DNA of 64,000 bases from assembly GCA_963729895.1 (NCBI GenBank), contig CAVSQB010000011.1, positions 32,001 through 96,000 of the forward strand. The letters are read 5' to 3'. Shown piece by piece: positions 59,112-64,000 of the stretch. Within the stretch, counting starts at the first letter, position 1, and each line of letters starts with the position of its first letter. The DNA comes from an uncultured Fibrobacterota bacterium. GTDB taxonomy: Bacteria > Fibrobacterota > Chitinivibrionia > Chitinivibrionales > FEN-1185. The notes under the pieces are model-generated. The model did no database searches and had not been told where the DNA came from. It saw only the letters and a program-made list of their open reading frames with translations. The position numbers were made by a program, and so were the translations under genes.

Positions 59112-60512
59112 GTGAACCATCGGCTCTTGGTCGCGGCTGTTGCTATTTTCCTGATTGTTGATTGCGGTACGAATCCGACCAAGCCTGCGGCGCCGGAGGC
59201 GCCTGCGATTACATCCGCCGTTGGTGGCGACAGAGAAATAACGATTACCTGGGAGGCGGTCGGGGGTGCGTCGTCGTACAATCTTTACTGGGAGGTGGGA
59301 GACACGGTGGCGGCCGCCGGCGGACAGGAGGTCACGGGCGCTACTTCGCCATTTGTGTTGACGAGCTTGATAAACGGAGTTCGCTACGCAGTAGCGGTTA
59401 CCGCTGTAGACTCCGCAGGGGAATCGGGATTGAGCCTGCCTGCAACGGCGACCCCGGATTTGCGACCCGGAGCGCCGAGCATCACAACCCAGCCGCAATC
59501 GCAGACGGTGGCCGCCGGACAGAGTGTGACGCTCAACATTGTCGCCGTGGGTACTCCGCCTCTTGCATATCAATGGTACAGGAACGACACTGCAATTTCC
59601 GGGGCGACTTCATCAAGGTATTCCATATCTGACATACAGACGGATAATGCAGGAACCTACACCGTCACGGTATCCAACGGCATCGTGCCGAACGCAACGA
59701 GCAACAGGGCGGTGCTGACCGTGAATGCGGCCGTGCCCACCGCAAAGCCGTGGGCGCCATCTGGAAGGAACGACCTGACGTTCTCCGGCCGCATGGTGCT
59801 GATAAAAGCGGCAGGATACGGTTTTGTCATGGGATCGGAAGATTCCCTTGATTATGGGGCATCACCGTCGCATATTGTTTCATTCGCAAAAGATTACTAC
59901 CTTGACACGACGGACGTGACGCAGGCGCAGTATCAGGCTGTGATGGCGACGAACCCGTCGCGATTCACCGGTGACACGAACCGTCCGGTAGAACAGGTCT
60001 TCTGGTACGATGCAGCCAGGTATTGTAACCGGCGCAGTATTCTTGAGGGTTTGACGCCATGCTACGACACCACGACCTGGAACTGCACTATCGGCGCCTC
60101 GGGGTATCGCCTTCCCACCGAAGCCGAATGGGAATACGCATGCAGGGGAGGGACAACGACCGGATATTTCTGGGGTGACGGTTCGGACAGCGCGACCATT
60201 GGACAATATGCGTGGTATTACGCAAACAGCGGCGCGACAACGCAGCCGGTCGCACGGAAACGGCCGAATGCTTACGGGTTGTATGACATGAGCGGCAACG
60301 TGTGGGAATGGTGCAACGACTGGTTCGGGAGTTATACTACAGGGCCGCAGGCCGACCCCACGGGACCGGCGACAGGCAGTTATCGCGTGTTGCGCGGAGG
60401 CTCGTGGGACGACGGCTATGTCGGTTACATGTACCTGCGCTCCGCATATCGGTACGGAATGGACCCGAACGTCAATGATTGCATTTATGGGTTCCGGTGC
60501 GTCCGGCGGTAA
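59112..60512 (+). CDS. Lipoprotein: FN3 + Ig + FGE-sulfatase (SUMF1/CLec-fold) domain
   Basis: IVDC lipobox, ITTQPQSQ, RLPTEAEWEYACRGG, NAYGLYDMSGNVWEW, RVLRGGSW...GFRC. Confidence 0.92.
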   Translation: MNHRLLVAAVAIFLIVDCGTNPTKPAAPEAPAITSAVGGDREITITWEAVGGASSYNLYWEVGDTVAAAGGQEVTGATSPFVLTSLINGVRYAVAVTAVDSAGESGLSLPATATPDLRPGAPSITTQPQSQTVAAGQSVTLNIVAVGTPPLAYQWYRNDTAISGATSSRYSISDIQTDNAGTYTVTVSNGIVPNATSNRAVLTVNAAVPTAKPWAPSGRNDLTFSGRMVLIKAAGYGFVMGSEDSLDYGASPSHIVSFAKDYYLDTTDVTQAQYQAVMATNPSRFTGDTNRPVEQVFWYDAARYCNRRSILEGLTPCYDTTTWNCTIGASGYRLPTEAEWEYACRGGTTTGYFWGDGSDSATIGQYAWYYANSGATTQPVARKRPNAYGLYDMSGNVWEWCNDWFGSYTTGPQADPTGPATGSYRVLRGGSWDDGYVGYMYLRSAYRYGMDPNVNDCIYGFRCVRR

Positions 60513-60565
60513 AGGACCTGTTTCCATGGCCTCACCAAGGCGCCAAAGTGGTTTTTTCCGAGCGT

Positions 60566-60602
60566 ATTGAAGAACCTCGCAGCAAGCTGCGAGGAAAAGG
60601 CA
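60566..60602 (+). repeat. REP-like palindrome family C, copy 1
   Basis: ATTGAAGAACCTCGCAGCAAGCTGCGAGGAAAAGGCA; 32/37 identical to 62925-62961. Confidence 0.7.
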
Positions 60603-60820
60603 AATGGCATAATGACTAGCGTGAAGCGCTACCACCATCCCGTTACGAATGAAATGACAATCTTCCATCCCTATGGAAGAAGACATATTTATAGTCGCTC
60701 GCTACGGGATTCAAAAAAAACCAGCGAATCATGTGCACGTGTGTTTGCTCGTCTCTTGCGTTTACGGGAATGTTTTGACAAATAAGCGAATCTGCATCAT
60801 CCCTTCCAACGACTCTTCAT

Positions 60821-60885
60821 GGGTGCCCCCAACCGAAGTTTTGATTTCCGCCGCAGCTTTGTCTTGGGGGTCACCCGGCCATCCA
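60821..60885 (+). repeat. Repeat family A copy
   Basis: GGGTGCCCCC...GGGGGTCACCCGGCCATCCA. Confidence 0.7.
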
Positions 60886-60960
60886 TAAATTCTTCAATTT
60901 TCAAGTTCCAACATCAATCCTCACCCGCCCGCTTTATTTTGTAATTAATGTGTAATAATA

Positions 60961-60989
60961 TTGACAATTGGAAGGATGTATTGTAAAAT
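60961..60989 (+). promoter_or_regulatory. Near-consensus sigma70 promoter of the pilin gene
   Basis: TTGACA-17 nt-TAAAAT. Confidence 0.75.
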
Positions 60990-61125
60990 CATCTTGGAGC
61001 ATTGGACCCTGCATGAGCCCTGGCGCTCGGGAAGGGAGGTTTCCATGTTGCATGATACCCACACCATGCAAGTGCATGTGCAACAGTGAATTGTTCCACG
61101 GGGAATGTAACCCTGGGGGCTTAGT

Positions 61126-61554
61126 ATGAAAAACTTTCTTGGCAGAACAAAAGGATTTACGCTTGTCGAACTCATGGTGGTGATTGTAATCATCGGCATT
61201 CTTGCCGCGGTTGCGATCCCCAAGTTTGTGGATGCCTCCCAAAAGGCAAAGGCGTCCGAATTTCCGACCCAGTTGACGGCTATGTACACAGGCCAGTTGG
61301 CATATCAGGCGCAGACCGGCTTCTACGTAACGTCTTTGCAGAACCTGAGAGACTCCGCGAGCGTTGATATTCCGTCCTCAAGCAGATGGTTCAGTTACTC
61401 AATGCCTTCCGCCTCCGCCTCCAGTTTTGTCGGCGAAGCAACCGTTGCTACCCCATTTGGAAGCGCGACGGGCTCGGACTATGGCGCCATCGATCAAACC
61501 AATTCGAAGTACTGCACTACTAATTTGCAGAGATACTGTCCGAGCTGGAAGTAG
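61126..61554 (+). CDS. Type IV pilin (probable major pilin)
   Basis: KGFTLVELMVVIVIIGILAAVAIPKF prepilin motif; C-terminal Cys pair; own promoter and terminator. Confidence 0.92.
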   Translation: MKNFLGRTKGFTLVELMVVIVIIGILAAVAIPKFVDASQKAKASEFPTQLTAMYTGQLAYQAQTGFYVTSLQNLRDSASVDIPSSSRWFSYSMPSASASSFVGEATVATPFGSATGSDYGAIDQTNSKYCTTNLQRYCPSWK

Positions 61555-61576
61555 CAACGGCAACAGAGCTCGACGC

Positions 61577-61616
61577 AAAAAAAAAGCCCCGCGCAGGAAA
61601 GATGCGGGGCTTTTTT
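61577..61616 (+). terminator. Rho-independent terminator (bidirectional type)
   Basis: A-tract, GCCCCGC...GCGGGGC stem, T6. Confidence 0.85.
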
Positions 61617-61668
61617 ACGATCAATGTGCGCAGCGAAACGCAAAGAGGTATACTGAAATGTGTTCATA

Positions 61669-62925
61669 ATGAAAGATGTTTTCATGAAATTCGTCTCGAG
61701 AAATCTGACCAATGCAGTGGGGTCCCTTGCCTTGCTGGCGCACTCTTCCGTGGCCCAATGGGTGCATACAAACGGGCCGTGGAGCAGCATTTCCTGCCAG
61801 CAATGCCATTACGCCACCGCACTTGCAGCGAGCAACGGCAAGGTCTTTGCCGGAACGTATGCGGGCGCCGTTTTCGCCTCTCTTGACAGCGGCGCAAGTT
61901 GGAACGTGGTGGATTCCGGGCTCACCAACGACAGTATTCTCTCCCTTGCGGCGAGCGGAAGCTCCGTCTTTGCCGGTACGCGGGGCGGCGTATTCCTTTC
62001 CACAAGCGGAACGGGCTGGACCGCGGCCAATTCCGGGCTCGCAAACACCACGGTCTCCTCTCTTGGCGTGAGCGGCGACACCATATTTGCCGGCACTCAC
62101 GCCGGCGTCTTTTTGTCCGCCACGGACTGCAAAAGCTGGATAGGCGTCAATTCCGGGCTGACAAATACCGTCGTCCTTTCTCTTGCAGCGAGCGGCCGCA
62201 CTGTTTTTGCCGGGACCTGCGGCGGAGGCGTTTTCCTTTCCGCAAACGGCGGCGCGAGCTGGAGCGCGGTCAATTCCGGGCTGGCCAATGACAGTGTCCT
62301 TTGTTTTGCGATTGTCGGCAACACTATTTTTGCCGGGACTCACGGCGGAGGCATCTTCCTTTCGGCAAGCGGCGGCGCCAGCTGGAGCGCGGTCAATTCC
62401 GGGCTTACCAATGACAGTGTGCTTTGTTTTGCGACTGTCGGCGATACCATTTTTGCCGGCACTCATGGCAGCGGTATCTTCCTTTCGGCAAGCGGCGGCG
62501 CGAGCTGGACTGCGGTCAATTCCGGGCTTACCAATACCGTTGTCACGTCTCTTGCCATAAGCGGCGGAACCCTCTTCGCAGGAACCGATGGCGGCGTCTG
62601 GAAAAGGCCGCTTTCGGAAATGGCAGGGGGGGCCGGTGTGGAATCGCCAGCTGAGCCGCTCAGACCGTCCGGATTCGACCTGACTGTTCCGAGCCGGTCC
62701 GATCATACTGTGGCGATCAGTTTCGCGCTTCTGAGCCCCGGACCGGTGTCTGTAAAGATTTACACTTCTTCCGGCCGTGAAATAGCTTCTCTTGTCAACC
62801 GTAACCTCGGATCGGGTTTCCACAGGTTACTCTGGAACACCCGGGAAGCGTCAAGCGGGTGCTACGCCGTGACGATGCAGGCAGGACCGGCTGTTTTTGC
62901 AAAGAGCGTCGTGATTATCCGCTGA
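61669..62925 (+). CDS. Secreted beta-propeller repeat protein with C-terminal sorting-domain-like tail (start uncertain)
   Basis: Six ~40-aa repeats W.AVNSGL.N..V..L...G.T.FAGT.GG.FLS; C-terminal KIYTSSGREIASLV...WN...SGCY. Confidence 0.85.
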   Translation: MKDVFMKFVSRNLTNAVGSLALLAHSSVAQWVHTNGPWSSISCQQCHYATALAASNGKVFAGTYAGAVFASLDSGASWNVVDSGLTNDSILSLAASGSSVFAGTRGGVFLSTSGTGWTAANSGLANTTVSSLGVSGDTIFAGTHAGVFLSATDCKSWIGVNSGLTNTVVLSLAASGRTVFAGTCGGGVFLSANGGASWSAVNSGLANDSVLCFAIVGNTIFAGTHGGGIFLSASGGASWSAVNSGLTNDSVLCFATVGDTIFAGTHGSGIFLSASGGASWTAVNSGLTNTVVTSLAISGGTLFAGTDGGVWKRPLSEMAGGAGVESPAEPLRPSGFDLTVPSRSDHTVAISFALLSPGPVSVKIYTSSGREIASLVNRNLGSGFHRLLWNTREASSGCYAVTMQAGPAVFAKSVVIIR

Positions 62926-62961
62926 TTGAAGGACCATGCAGCAAGCTGCGCGGAAAAGGCC
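62925..62961 (+). repeat. REP-like palindrome family C, copy 2
   Basis: ATTGAAGGACCATGCAGCAAGCTGCGCGGAAAAGGCC. Confidence 0.65.
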
Positions 62962-63131
62962 ATTGCGCTCACGGGTGATCGCGCATCTGTCACTCCTCAA
63001 ACCCCGCATCCCTCCACTTTTTCTATTTCTTCGAAACCGGGCCTGAAATCATTTATTTTCCGATTTGGCGCGGTTTCCCTTCGTTTCGCTCCGATCAGCC
63101 GGAATCGCCCGCACACCTTCGAGGAAAAACC

Positions 63132-64000
63132 GTGGGAATCATTGTCAATAGTTCTGCCGTCGACTGGTCGTCGTTTGTAGGCAGGGACCTCGGAAACGTC
63201 ACCATCATCCGTGAACTCGGCCGGGGCGTGATGGGAGTTGTATTTGTGGGATACCAGAAGACGCTGAAGCGCCAGGTTGCGGTCAAGGTACTTGTGAAAG
63301 ACGCGGGCTCGGGCCAATTGGCGAGCGATCTTTTCCGGGACGAGGGAGAAATGGTGGCCGTGCTTGCTCATCCGAACATCATTCCCATTTTTGAAATGGG
63401 CGAGACCGACGACTGTTTCTTCCAGGTAATGCAGCTTGTGGACGGTACCGACCTGCGTACCACGCTCAGGAGGCTTGCCAAGCACCCGGTCCCGGCCAAG
63501 CGCCTGATGCCGCTTTCCGAAACAATCGACTTCATGGTGCAAATGCTTGACGCGCTCGGCTATGCGCATGAGGAAGGCGTGATTCACCAGGACATAAAGC
63601 CCGCTAACATTCTTATCGAGAATCGGGGAAAACGCCCGCTTGTCGCGGACTTTGGGATAGCGCGCGCGCTCGCCGGCGAGTACAAATCGGAAGGCCTGGT
63701 GGTGGGTACGCCGCTGTACATGTCGCCGGAACAGGTTGTCGGCAAGGTGACCGACGGCCGCGCCGACATATACTCGGCCGGCGTGATCCTGTTTGAGATG
63801 ACCGCCGGGACCCTTCCGGTGCGTCCTGCGGGGACCACCGAACAGATCCTTGCGCGGAAAAAGAATGCACCGGACACCTTTTTCACCGCAAAGCCGAGCG
63901 AGGTTTCGCCGCTTGTCAACGCACCGCTCGAACGCATCATTCTCAAGGCCATCGCGCCGGCCATGGAATGGCGCTACGAAACCTGCAAGGCCTTTATTGA
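63132..64000 (+). CDS. Hanks-type Ser/Thr protein kinase, partial (runs off window end; absent from ORF track)
   Basis: Manual translation LGRGVMGVVF, VAVK, HPNII, HQDIKPANIL, ADFGIA, GTPLYMSPEQ, DIYSAG; GAGG RBS before GTG. Confidence 0.92.
   Translation, partial: MGIIVNSSAVDWSSFVGRDLGNVTIIRELGRGVMGVVFVGYQKTLKRQVAVKVLVKDAGSGQLASDLFRDEGEMVAVLAHPNIIPIFEMGETDDCFFQVMQLVDGTDLRTTLRRLAKHPVPAKRLMPLSETIDFMVQMLDALGYAHEEGVIHQDIKPANILIENRGKRPLVADFGIARALAGEYKSEGLVVGTPLYMSPEQVVGKVTDGRADIYSAGVILFEMTAGTLPVRPAGTTEQILARKKNAPDTFFTAKPSEVSPLVNAPLERIILKAIAPAMEWRYETCKAFI

Noticed and set aside
56861..63000. Genomic island integrated at tRNA-Leu
   Set aside because: No integrase and no duplicated tRNA 3' end seen in the window.
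1..64000. CRISPR array or cas genes
   Set aside because: No regularly spaced identical repeats with unique spacers. The repeats seen are dispersed or coding.

Overview
GC-rich bacterial chromosomal window. The TIGR02147 protein, paired DUF2341 lipoproteins and many secreted proteins with T9SS/FlgD-like sorting domains suggest Fibrobacterota, Chitinivibrionia/Chitinispirillia-like (inference). Housekeeping content: a NamZ-MurU-AmgK-like peptidoglycan salvage operon, sodB, aroF, purD-purE-tsaC, mazEF, a divergent Opp-like ABC cluster, a type IV pilin, a Ser/Thr kinase and tRNA-Leu(CAA). Mobile and repeated DNA: one complete IS4-family element with a 9-bp target duplication, an IS5-family remnant and several families of REP/MITE-like intergenic repeats. 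Two genes are frameshifted (a methyltransferase and a GH64 glucanase). The most striking observation is a structurally intact but non-canonical tRNA at 11861-11936 (anticodon CUU but U37/C38, two G.U pairs in the T-stem, encoded CCA). It is transcribed divergently from a stand-alone MprF-type (DUF2156) aminoacyl-tRNA-dependent transferase, so the pair is a candidate dedicated non-translational tRNA plus transferase module. All family assignments come from motif recognition by eye; no database searches were run.
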